NCBI RefSeq assembly: GCF_001194135.2
Contig: NC_068998.1
Location: 11,932,860-11,996,859 of the forward strand
Source: Octopus bimaculoides
Lineage: Eukaryota
Length of the DNA: 64,000 nucleotides
Reading direction: 5' to 3'
Positions 27,376 to 39,461 of this stretch are shown here, piece after piece. The position numbers and the translations under genes are program-made. Below the pieces are notes generated by a model. That model had not been told where the DNA came from. It did no database searches and saw only the letters and a program-made list of their open reading frames with translations. Position 1 is the first letter of the stretch; each line of letters starts with the position of its first letter.

Positions 27376-30300
27376 TGACATCGTTCATATAATGTCAGTG
27401 TTTATTATTATAATTCTACGATGCAAGCGATTTTTTTCTTTCTTGATTGAAAGTAATAAAAACATTTTGAAAAAAGAAAATAATTAATGTAACTTAAAAT
27501 GAAAAATAACTTTGATGGTATTAAACAAACCAGGGAATGGATAATGAGATTTTTAAAAAAATATATAGTTTGAATAAATAAAAATCTGAAGAAGCGAAAT
27601 ATTTAACTTTGCTAGTTTACTTCATTAGTTAATTTTTTCATTACACTTTTGTTTACTGAATGAAACAAGTCTAATAGCAGAATAGAGGTGTGTGTGTGTG
27701 TATGTATGTAAAGTTCTGCTGTCAATTTTTTGCAAAATAGGGAATATTAACAGGTTTAATTTACTCTTGTACACTAAAATCTTATTTTATTCAACAAAAT
27801 AGACTGCAAGACTAGCATGAACTGAACTAAGAACGGTGAAGTAGCGAACTAGTATAATGTAGTGAAGTATATACATTAGCGCAGCTCGCAACTGCCTGCG
27901 CCAAATCTAGTATATATAAACAACGATGGCTGCAGGAGTGTGTTGTTGGTAATTAGATACTGGACACATTATATGCATGTGCGTATATATATATATATAT
28001 ATAAATATAAATATATATATATAGTTATATATGAACAAGACAGCTGATTCGGTGCTATATAACAAAAGACACCATGTGTTGTGCACGTAGAGTATGTGTA
28101 CATATTTGTGTTACGGGAGGAAATGCTGGCTAGTTGAAACATTTGACATGGTTAAAGGAGACGATTTACACCTCTCACTTGCAATGTCTTTATATCTGAA
28201 AGACAAGGAAAGGAGAAAAAAAAAAGGGGGGGGGCATATTTTTGTGAAATCAAAAGAAGGCCAGGAAGGGAGTGAAGTAAATTATTTTTTACCAGAAATT
28301 TAATAGATGAATCGAAGCACACAGCTTTTCGGAAGCGAAAGCGATAAAATAATATCAATTTAAATGGAGATGCAATCTAATAAGCTAAACAAGAACCATA
28401 AAAACATACACACACACACACACAAGAACCGGCAATAGACACCCCATACACATACCGCCTCTGTGTCATCAATACTAGTAGCAGTACCAGTGCTACTACG
28501 ATCATTTATTAGCACTAGCTATCTACCACTTTTAACATCTCATTTAGCGCAAGTACCACAGCACAAACATACTTTGAACACTAGTGCTACAATCAGCATC
28601 AAGTGCGCACTCACCACTAATATAAGTACATCATTATCACAGCCACCAATATTAACACAACCATCACCATGGAAGGTAACCATGCTAACCGTTAGTGAGC
28701 CTCTATGTGGTCACTCGACCTGCTAGAAATAGCAGACAAATCTAGAAAGCTTCATTGAATCACACCCTTACTATCTGAAATAAGGAAAGGATAGCGTTGT
28801 CCTAGATTGTCCGTACATTGATGGTATGGGCCAAGGCTGGAACGTCTTTGCTCCTGATAACAGTTCAATCACGACTGACCCGGGCCTAGGTAACAACCAT
28901 CATCGTTATCACAAAGTATAAATATCAAAGCTAGTGTCGTTAGTATTACCAAAACACCAACATTAATACGACCCTTATGATACCACACTGTCAATACACA
29001 AATATCCGTAGTAAGAACATCTCTAGTTAATATCAAAAGCATCGCACCACTATCATCATAAATGCGGGGACCATCACAATTACATGCACCGCTATTGCTT
29101 ATCACCACCATAAGCACCACTTAGATAGCACTACAGCCGAGATATCAACAAAACACCACAGCCAGTGTTGCGAACACTGTACGAACACTACCACCAACAC
29201 CATTAATTAATACAAGTAGCAGCTATACTATCACCAACAGTAAGTACCACCAAGATCTTAACGAAGGAGTCTCTCTAGACGGTCGATGAACCAGCTAGAA
29301 ATAGAAATCAAATATCTCAAATCACATCTTACCACCTTAAATATGTTTGGAAATAAAATAGGGTGGTCACAATCGGAAATCCTTTGACCACAAGCTGACC
29401 TGCAGCTAAACAACAACAGAACTAGTCACCGTTATATTTTTTTTACAAAAGCTATATAATGCAGTCACCATCAGCCTAATTAAACATTACCCATTATTTT
29501 AATTACAATTAATTGGTGTTTTTACGACGGCTATAACGGCTCCAGAAACCACCATCATTATTACAAAGACTATAATATTACCGCCAACAAATCTCACCAC
29601 TGTCACCTTATAGTATTGACCAAATAATAGTACCATCAGCAACACTACCACCAATACTATCGTTATTAACACAAGCACTCGACGTCAACATCTCCAAAAA
29701 TATGAACATCGTTACTATCATCGCCATCAGCAGCAGTAGCATGAACATCAACAATAATACTGAGAGAGCCATGATCACGGTCATCATCGTCAAGCAATAA
29801 ACACAAGCATCACCATCAACAGTAGCACCACCACCACCACCACCACCATCAGCTTTTAAACTCAACTACCGCAACAGTTGGTTGTTGGGGCAGACGGAAT
29901 CGCCATCAAGAACCAACAACACAAGGGGAAAAATAATAAACAATAATGTTGTTGTATTTGGTGACGGTCATATTGCCAGTTTAGCCAATAAGAACACACG
30001 CACTGTATATTTGGTGTTAATTTGCTTCAGCTTTATATTACATTACATTACAATTAATCCTATTTCGGCCAGAGTTCTTCATCAGTGGTCCTTTGCTTTC
30101 TTCTTTCTTATATGTGTGTCCCTCCTTGCTAAAAACTATCAGCCATTTCACATCAAAAATCTTGCAAAACAAATATATAAACGGAATAAACAATAACATA
30201 TTAATGAAATAAAGGAAGTGGAGAAATTCTGAAAGGGGGCAGAAAAAACGGGACGAGAAGCAGAAGAGAGAGAGAGAGAGAGAGCGCGAAGGAGTTGTGT

Positions 30301-30780
30301 ATTATTTGCAACAGTAGCCATCGCCGCCGCCGCCGACTGGACTCTTTAAATAAAGACCGAACAGAAGACAGCAATCAGAACACATAAAATGTCTTATGTA
30401 GAGTTTAAAAACATAAACTAGCGATGACAGTGGCTAGCCAAACTAAGAAAGGCAACGAAGAGAAAAATTGGCTATAATGCGAGGGAAATAAACACTGAAG
30501 TAAATAGATTTTCAGCCCTTCATTATCAACAAAACAGATAATCTGTGCAGAGTCATCGCACCATTTGGTCATCGTAGGTCATTCTGACAACGCTAGGGAT
30601 TTGGACGGACACCGATTGTTAAATATTTGGAATATCTGCACGATAATTTATTAAAGTGGATTCGAAAGCGATTGATAATAGCCAGAGATGTTGAGAAGAA
30701 AGTGTTGTTAAAAATAAGGAATGGGTAAAAACTAGACAAAATGGCGACCTAGATTGGGTTCGAACACGCTGAAAGCTTAC

Positions 30781-30839
30781 CTTTCGTTCAGACTATCCCA
30801 AGATTGGCAGCCGGCAGCAAGAGTATCAATATATAGCAT
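30781..30839 (-). CDS. Candidate first coding exon A of the E-protein gene
   Basis: ATG CTA TAT ATT GAT ACT CTT GCT GCC GGC TGC CAA TCT TGG GAT AGT CTG AAC GAA AG|GTAAGC: 59 nt, strong donor, phase 2. It joins the AD1 exon in frame to give MLYIDTLAAGCQSWDSLNER-PGQFTLGDRMNIATDKELSDLLDFSA. Confidence 0.5.
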
Positions 30840-32590
30840 AACTCTATGCGAGATATAGGTTTGGGAAATTTTTTTTAATAACTTCAGAAGAAGTTAAAAC
30901 ACTATTAGTCCATAAAATGTACTTTTAATTAAAACACGCCGTCAGACATATTCAATTCTCTTTGTAGTAGACAAATTACTCAACTCTTAGCATACACAGT
31001 ATCGTTACGCGCAAGCGTTATTCCGTTTTGGATTTAATTTTCTCCAGTAAATAAATATACATATTCTCAGTAAGCAAATTAATGTATCCTTTAATTAATT
31101 TGGGAAATTTTAATCCGATTGCTGTATTATCAAGAAAACAAATCAATAATAATATCTTCCAACGTAACTCATTTTTCTAAGCGGCAGAACACATAGCAAC
31201 GTTCCGTTCCTCGGCCAAGTATTTTCGTCTTTTTTTTCCCTTTCGTTTGGGACCATTGTCATTAAAGTGAAGGAGGGGGATACGCACGTGATTTACAGGT
31301 TCCTTGAATATTATCCAATGGCAGGGTTCCATTTAGTTAAGGCCGTAAATGATTGACAGACATTTTAGTAATTTTATCCAATGAAAAGAGGTTATTCAGG
31401 AAAGAAGGTGTTAACTAACGAGACTTCATTATAATTACTGTAACCTCACTACTACCATTAAGCTGTTAGCTACGTTCAGCTTCCTCTTTGCTGCAGCAAT
31501 GTTTACTGCTAGCCGATCGCTCTTTCCTCTTTTGATGGATTTTCTTGCAGTATTTATATAACACGGTGGGTAGCCTTATAGTACACTCAACGCACAGCTT
31601 CACTCACTTTATACCGAAGTCTATAACCTTAAAGAGAAAAAGCGAAGATAAGCTACACAGGGAAGAGTTTGACCTGTTTCTCGCTATAACCTTTATTAGG
31701 TTACTGAGATAAACACAATTTTTCTTGTCTCCGAGCAAATATTTTTTTTATATCTTACAGAATAATAAAGTGTAATAAAAATAAAAGTTTATTATTATTC
31801 TTGGCAAACTTATTACGATGGTAGAATTTCTAAATTGATGCTAGTGGAAATTTATTTTTGAAAGTCCTCCATAGAATAAGAAATATAGATAAAATCCATT
31901 TATTTTAATACGGTTAACGGAGGGGGTCCAAGTTTGATCCACGTCTATACAATGATAGTCGTTCGAAAAGATTGACTAAATTTGATTCAATTCTGCATGA
32001 CATTTGAAAATTAAATATTCAGCGATTATTTACTGTTTCGTTAGATACATGTTTGTTAACTAATTGAGAAAAGCTCAATTGAATGTACCTGTTGTTGTAA
32101 GTTCGTTATATGGTCAATGCGCTCAGCTACTGTTGTTTCATTAATATAGGGAGATAAACACTCAATATTTTGCTTCCTACTCTAAAGTAATACATCTCTA
32201 ATAGTATCCTAGTATAGAAGTGGAATGATGAGGTAATATGTCTGCTTGATCAGGGGATCTTCGAGTTAAGTCGAGTGATTATAGGGAAATGCAATTAGAA
32301 AGAAGAGGAAAGATGTCATATACATAAGGGTAGAGATATCGCAGTTTACAGCTATCACGTTACACGAAATAATTTTCAGAGGGGCCTCTACATTATTGCT
32401 GGAATATATATTTAGAAGGGGATTGTAGTACTGAAAGAAGGTTACGGAACACTGAACTGGATCAGATATTAAGGTAGTTCTTAGGTTAGCTTGTAGATGT
32501 CCATTATTTCGTTTCGTTGTTTATATTATAGTTCACAAGCCCGTAGCCGGAAAGTTTAACTTGTATAGGACGTTTAGATAGTTTCTGGAA

Positions 32591-32640
32591 ACTTACCTGA
32601 CACGAAAAACCAAACAAGAACAGGATTATTGAATAAGTCA
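32591..32640 (-). other. Juxtaposed 3' and 5' splice site (candidate recursive splice site, or the donor of a U-rich non-coding exon)
   Basis: Minus strand: tgacttattcaataatcctgttcttgtttggtttttcgtgtcAG|GTAAGTtt. The U-rich tract has no AG for more than 50 nt upstream. Confidence 0.4.
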
Positions 32641-33082
32641 AAAGTATTTGTTAAATCTCAGGCAGGCCTGACCCATCAGATGTGCTCAAAGGCATTTCAA
32701 TCGTGTCTGATCTAACTGTTTTCAAGTGTAGTGTACTCCAAACTATATTGGCGAACATGTTCTTTTCTTAAGGAACTGAAGGAGATTTGACTGCCATTTC
32801 TAACAGACCAAGCAACCACGTGGAAGCTCCTGGCTTTGATGACAGTGTTGACGGGGCTGATGTTAAACAAGAGGCGACAGATGATTGGGAAACTACAAAC
32901 TCGTCGGACTAAGGTTGAGAAGCGAAAAGAATGTGCAGGAAGAATGAAAGGCTTTTGCAAAAGGCTGTCAACTGCGGACCGGCTTTTGACAACACGTTCA
33001 ACGCTTTTTTTTTCATCAAGGTATGTGCTTTATAGCACTTGAGCTTGGAGATCTTTCATTGGATGTCATTTACAATAAAGTT

Positions 33083-33345
33083 TTTGTTCTCATTGACCCC
33101 CGAAGAATTTTGGGAATATGGTGGGTGAACTACTTCAATGATTTGGTCATGGTGTTCAACAAACGTTGGATATACTCATTTTACGTTTTGGCTCGGGGAC
33201 ATCTACTTTGAAGGGAGGGCTCCATTGGCACTTATTTTATCAAAGCAAACTCTACCTTGGCAGCATTTGAACTCAGAACGCAAAGACAGACGAAATGCTG
33301 CTAAGAATTTTGTCCAGGGTACTGACGATTCTTCCAGCTCGCCCC
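33083..33345 (-). mobile_element. CORE-type SINE fragments
   Basis: aactctaccttggcagcatttgaactcagaacgcaaagacagacgaaatgctgctaag...tccagctcgcc. Confidence 0.6.
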
Positions 33346-33433
33346 CCCCCCTCCTGACGTAGTCCGAAATAATATAGATTTTTAGACAATTATGTGGTTG
33401 ACTGATCCGCACTGTATCTCTTCTAGGTATTGG

Positions 33434-33665
33434 AGCATCCTTTGTGGTTTCAGGCACAAGGGTACACGTGTTTGTGAAGCATCCCTTGTGGTTTCAGGCA
33501 CAAGGGTACACATGTTTGTGAAGCATCCCTTGTGGTTTCAGGCACAAGGGTACACGTGTCTGTGGAGTGCTCAGCCACTTGCACGTTAATTTCACGTGCA
33601 GGCTGTTCCGTTGATCGGATCAACTGGAACCCTCGACGTCGTAAGCGACGTAGTGCCAACAACAA
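33434..33665 (+). repeat. Three tandem 44-bp hairpin-containing units fused to a 5'-truncated SINE
   Basis: Unit agcatcc(c/t)ttgtggtttcaggcacaagggtacac(g/a)tgtttgtga starts at 33434, 33478 and 33522. The third unit runs directly into the SINE 3' half. Confidence 0.85.
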
Positions 33666-33769
33666 TTGAGTAAGAGAACAGCACATACCTTCAAAGTGAC
33701 GCTGGGGTACAACTATACGAAACCCAATATACCTGTCATGATTACCGGTCTGATAAGGGTACATCACTG

Positions 33770-35030
<1,261 letters not shown>

Positions 35031-35099
35031 AATTTCCCTTCACACTGATTCCATCCTATGACGGAAGCAGAACGGCTTCCACAAAATAATAATAATGCG

Positions 35100-36199
35100 A
35101 CCATGAGATTGAAAATAGGTAGCCGGACATAGTCTGAATTGGGAAAGAAAACAAACTATGCTGGATCATAGACATAGCATGTCCAGCTGATAACAAGGTA
35201 TGCGATAAAGAAGAAAGAAAAGTTGTGAGATATGAAATACATGAAGAAGGCCGGTGTCATCAAAGCTGAAATTTGTATAATGAAAGAAAAATTTAAACAA
35301 GAAATTAATACAAAATAAGAAAAAGCATGGAAGGAAAAGAAAATGCCCGGTCTGTTTGCAAGAGATGTGAATGCGAAGACAGATACAGGAGACCGGTGGC
35401 TATGGATGAGGAGGAGTGACCTGAAGATAGAGACAGAAGCACTCATGTGCACAGTTCAAGAACAAGCGTTAAGGACTAACTATGTGAAGTGCAGAATAGA
35501 CAACACTACCGATAGCGACAAAGGCTGAATGTGTGGTGTGAGGGGTGAAACAGTATGGCACATCGTTAGCGAATGCCCGAAACTGGCACAACGCGAATAT
35601 AAAAGACGCCATGACAATGTGGAAAGAAGGATCCATTGGGAGTTCTGTGGAAATCATGGCCTACAAAGGGCGAAGATGTGGAATGAGCAAACTCCAGAAT
35701 GAGTCACCGAAAATGAGAATTTCAAAATCCTGTGGGATGCAATGATCCAGTGCGATCACCCGACTAGACATCGGAAACCAGACATTGTTTGGTGAATAAA
35801 AAAGACAGCACATGTATGATAATCGACATAGCATGCCCCGGTGACAACAGGATCAATGTGAAAGAAGAAGAAAAATAAACAACTTTGACGATTTGAAGTG
35901 AGAAATACAAAGGCTGTGGTCAATGAAGAAAGTAGACTTGATACCAATATTAGTCGGTGCATTTGGGAGTATCAGCATTCAACTACCAGCATGGCTGAAA
36001 AAGATTGGTGCAAGTGTGAAAGTAGAACACCTACAAAAATCAGCATTGCTTCGAGCTGCAAGAATTCTTTGCAAGGCTCTTGAAGCATGACCAGTAAACA
36101 AGTGTCATCTTAGTCTGTTGGCTGTGGACAGCTGACACTTTCCATCATACCCAGCAAAATAAGCTGTGAGTTTTTATATAATAATAATAATAATAATAA
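35100..36199 (+). mobile_element. R4/Dong-type RLE non-LTR retrotransposon, 3' portion, ending in (TAA)n
   Basis: SDLKIETEALMCTVQEQALRTNY, CCHC knuckle MCGVRGETVWHIVSEC, YKRRHD, ILWD..IQCDH...RKPDIV endonuclease and C-terminal LQKSALLRAARIL..ALEA* (stop 36088-36090). A (TAA)n run follows at 36178-36199. A second short RLE fragment lies at 35100-35235. Confidence 0.85.
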
Positions 36200-36570
36200 G
36201 AGCATTCAGAGAGCGCAAACCTCCGCCAAGGCAACACCATCGTCCTCTCAACGATTAGCCGGAGATAATTTTTAAAATGAGAATATCTGAAATAAACTCG
36301 ACTGCTCTCAAAAACGAGAATACTAAAATTGAACCCGATCGCTCTCAAATATTTAGTAAAAAGAAAAAAAGGAAAAATAAACCAGAATCCTTGTCCGGTA
36401 CCGGATCGATCCCAAAATCTAATCAGTTCGTGCCAGTCACGAGGCCAAACATCCCTGAAAGTTTCATCCGAATCCATCGAGCGGTTCTTGAGATATCTGT
36501 CCACGGACAAACAAACAAACAAACAAACACGACCGAAAACAATACCTCCGCCTTCGCGAAGGGGGAGGTA
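36198..36570 (+). mobile_element. Non-autonomous Helentron-like element (HINE/DINE-1 architecture)
   Basis: 5' motif aacctccgccaagg (about 36218) recurs at the 3' end in the hairpin acctccgcc-ttcgcgaa-gggggaggt (36544-36569). It has an internal (acaa)n microsatellite and TAA-rich flanks. Confidence 0.6.
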
Positions 36571-36809
36571 ATGATAATAATAATAATCTTTTCTCTTAAA
36601 GGCGCAAGGCCTGAAATTTGGCGAGGGGTGGGGATGGGCTAGTTGATTACATAGAAAGGATGAAAGGTGAAGTCGATCTTAATAATAATAATGATATTTT
36701 ATTTCTGTACATTTATTTCTGTACATTTATTTCTGTACATTTATCAATCAACCGAGTGGTTAACTGATAAATATTCATTCACAACATCACACAGTTGAAG
36801 GCAAGAGTT

Positions 36810-37262
36810 ACGCATTACACAGTAGAGTGCAAGATCATAATTACAATCAAAGTCAGAGAGATACAGACTATGTTAAAGTCTAGATCTCTTCTACTTGATG
36901 GTGAGGCTTTTATCTCGAATAGAACAGGGACTTAGCGTAATGATGTAATCCTACACAATTACAAAGAGAAAACGAGACGGTGTCTCTTTGAAGGACTTCT
37001 GCTTTTGTGGGAAATTATTGAACTGGTCCGTCATTACTTTGAACCGAGCTTGATGGGTTTATACATTATTTCAACAGCTCTGACAGTCTCATCTCGGGAC
37101 ACCATAGTTTAACAGGGTATGTAACATGACCATTTTGTTTGTTAACTCAATGAAATATCTTCGAGAAATCTACAAATACAATTGGTAGTCTTTGCTTGGA
37201 GATTCTGGTGTCTTCTGTAAGTCTTCGAAGATCAAAGATCTACGGTAGTGTTGATTTACCTT
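36810..37262 (-). mobile_element. RTE/RTEX reverse transcriptase fragment
   Basis: LRRLTEDTRISKQRLPIVFVDFSKIF...DGPVQ*FPTKAEVLQRDT resembles LRRIIEG..PAV.VFVDFSKAFDS...DGPTD.F.T.AGILQGDTLAPFLF. Frameshifted. Confidence 0.7.
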
Positions 37263-37267
37263 AATTG

Positions 37268-37800
37268 CGGAGAGCCCCTTCGGTCATGACTGACCATGGG
37301 ATTGCAGCTAGGAAGTTACCCTCCCAGGCACAAGTCCGGGCAAGGTTGTTTATGGAAGACCAGCAGTCACCCATGCATACCAGCCTCCCCTCTCCACGCC
37401 ACCAGTGTTATCCAAGGGAAAGGCAAAGGCCGATACAGCTTCGCACCTGTGACATCACAACTCATTTCTACAGCTGAGTGAACTGGAGCAATGTGAAATA
37501 AAGTGTCTTGCTNNNNNNNNNNAGGCACAAGTCCGGGCAAGGTTGTTTATGGAAGACCAGCAGTCACCCATGCATACCAGCCTCCCCTCTCCACGCCACC
37601 AGTGTTATCCAAGGGAAAGGCAAAGGCCGATACAGCTTCGCACCTGTGACATCACAACTCATTTCTACAGCTGAGTGAACTGGAGCAATGTGAAATAAAG
37701 TGTCTTGCTCAAGAACACAGCACGCAGCTCGGTCCGGGATTCGAACTCACAAACTCAATATCGTAAGCTCGACGCTCTGACCACTGAGCCATGCGCCTTC
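37268..37800 (-). mobile_element. tRNA-derived SINE with a 187-bp artefactual duplication across a 10-N gap
   Basis: Head (minus) gtgaaggcgcatggctcagtggtcagagcgtcg...gagttcgaatcccgg. 37326-37512 equals 37523-37709, separated only by Ns. Confidence 0.8.
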
Positions 37801-37804
37801 ACAT

Positions 37805-38645
37805 TATTTTCATTATTATTATACTTTTCTGATCATATTACTATTCTTTCTCTTTATTACAGGTTTTGTTGGAGCTCCTGGAGTCTTACATGCGTAACGG
37901 GCTCGCTACCTGCAACCTACGATACCATGCTATCCATTCTTTTCAGCTATCTAGTACTTATCTGATTATTCTGGCCGTGCCAAGAAGGCAAACCTTCTGT
38001 TACAGTTCTACTGGGCACTCGATTCCAATTTCCTTGATATTCCTCTTGATGCCTTCTGATACTGTTCCCAAGGACCCAACAATAATTGGTACTATCTTCA
38101 CCTTCTTCATTTTCCATAGCCTGGCTATTTCGTACTTAAGAGGGTTGTATCTATCTACCTTTTCGCCTTCCTTCTTGACTGTTCGTGGGCCAAAGGAGCA
38201 TGCAACATCAACTATAAAGCATATGTGGTGCACCTTGTCCACCACCACTCGGTCCGGTCTGTTATGCTCTAGCACCTGATCTGTTTGGATTGGGAAATCC
38301 CAGAGGATTTTGCTAGTCTCTGACTCCGACACTCACTGCGGTTTGTACTCATACCAAGTCTTGCCTTTCTCTAGCCCCCACTTTTCGCACAGTTTCCAAT
38401 ATAGCACTTTCGCTACCTGATCCTGTCGCCACAACTTGTATCATTCGTGATATGGGCAATGGTTTCATCCACTCTATTGAAAATGCGGCATAGCGGAGAC
38501 ACTTGGTCATTCCTAAGGTTGACCCTTCAGTTTGTGGCCAAAGTTTGACCCAAAGAATTCCTCTCAACACTTGACTATGATGCTCCCCCACTACTTTTAC
38601 TCGTGATCTGAGATGCGCATATCGTCTGCCACTAAGGGATATGCT
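37805..38645 (-). mobile_element. R4/Dong-type RLE retrotransposon, 3' portion (second, divergent copy)
   Basis: KILWDFPIQTDQVLEHNRPDRVVVDKVHHICFIVDVAC...EKVDRYNPLKYEIARLWKMKKVKIVPIIVGSLG (ORF 38000-38332). Degraded TAA-like tail near 37805-37860. Confidence 0.85.
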
Positions 38646-38656
38646 CAACTAGTTGA

Positions 38657-38870
38657 GATCAAGCGAACTGGCAGAACCGTTAGCACGCCGGGCAAAATGT
38701 TTAGAGGTATTTCGTCCGTCTGTACGATCTGAGTTCAGCTTCTGCCGAGGTCGACTTTGTCTTTCATCCTTTCGGGGTCGATAAATTTAGTACCAGTGAA
38801 ACACTAGGATCGATGTAATCGATTAGTCCCCTTTCCTCATATTTCTGGCCTTGTGCCTTTAGTAGAAAGG
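38657..38870 (+). mobile_element. CORE-type SINE
   Basis: gcgaactggcagaaccgttagcacgccgggcaaaatg...gtcgactttgtctttcatcctttcggggtcgataaatttagtaccag; CpGs retained. Confidence 0.8.
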
Positions 38871-39148
38871 ATTATTATTATCATTATAAACGCCGCACAG
38901 TGTACAATATCGTGAGGTTGTTGACTGAAGATATTGTGTCTACTTGGGGTTTGTACTGTTTGTCAAGTCACAACAAGGACCTCAGACAGACAGTACTTTA
39001 CGCAATATGCGTGCAGTTCCAAGTAATGCCGACTTTTGCAATACACCGAAATTGTAGCGTATTTCTAAAGTTTTCAGATGTTTTTTTTTTCAGATTTGGT
39101 GGTATTGAACCCAATGCTCCGATGACATTATCATCACCATCATCATCA

Positions 39149-39203
<55 letters not shown>

Positions 39204-39261
39204 GTCAAAATTAAAAGAGAGTGCCATTGTCATCTAGTGAACGATATTTTAACATCTTGTG

Positions 39262-39461
39262 TGTCTTCAACAGGTTCAAAAAATAATTTTGTCAATCTAC
39301 TTCATTTTGGTTAATATATAAAGGATTGAGGTAACCCCTCCATAAGATATAGAGTCAAAGTTAAAAGAAGTTTAATCCTCTGGAGGAGTTACCTCAATCC
39401 TTTATATATTAACCAAAATGAAGTAGATTGACAAAATTATTTTTTGAACCTGTTAAAGACA
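39262..39461. repeat. Near-perfect inverted repeat: two 81-bp arms, 38-nt loop
   Basis: 39262-39342 (tgtcttcaacaggttcaaaaaataattttgtc...gaggtaacccctcca) is the reverse complement of 39381-39461 (tggaggagttacctc...gaacctgttaaagaca), with two mismatches. Confidence 0.95.

Noticed and set aside
30140-30335. Minus-strand ggcggcggcgATGGCT start with a roughly 57-codon frame
   Set aside because: The frame runs through a (CT)n repeat to a stop with no donor site.
32712-33042. Acidic peptide EAPGFDDSVDGADVKQEATDDWETT and nearby short ORFs
   Set aside because: Short, stop-interrupted and unassignable; possibly a transposase scrap.
33434-33565. CRISPR-like hairpin repeats
   Set aside because: There are no spacers or cas genes, and the context is eukaryotic; reported as a tandem repeat instead.
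37326-37709. 187-bp perfect direct repeat
   Set aside because: The copies are separated only by 10 Ns inside one SINE, which is a typical scaffolding overlap artefact.
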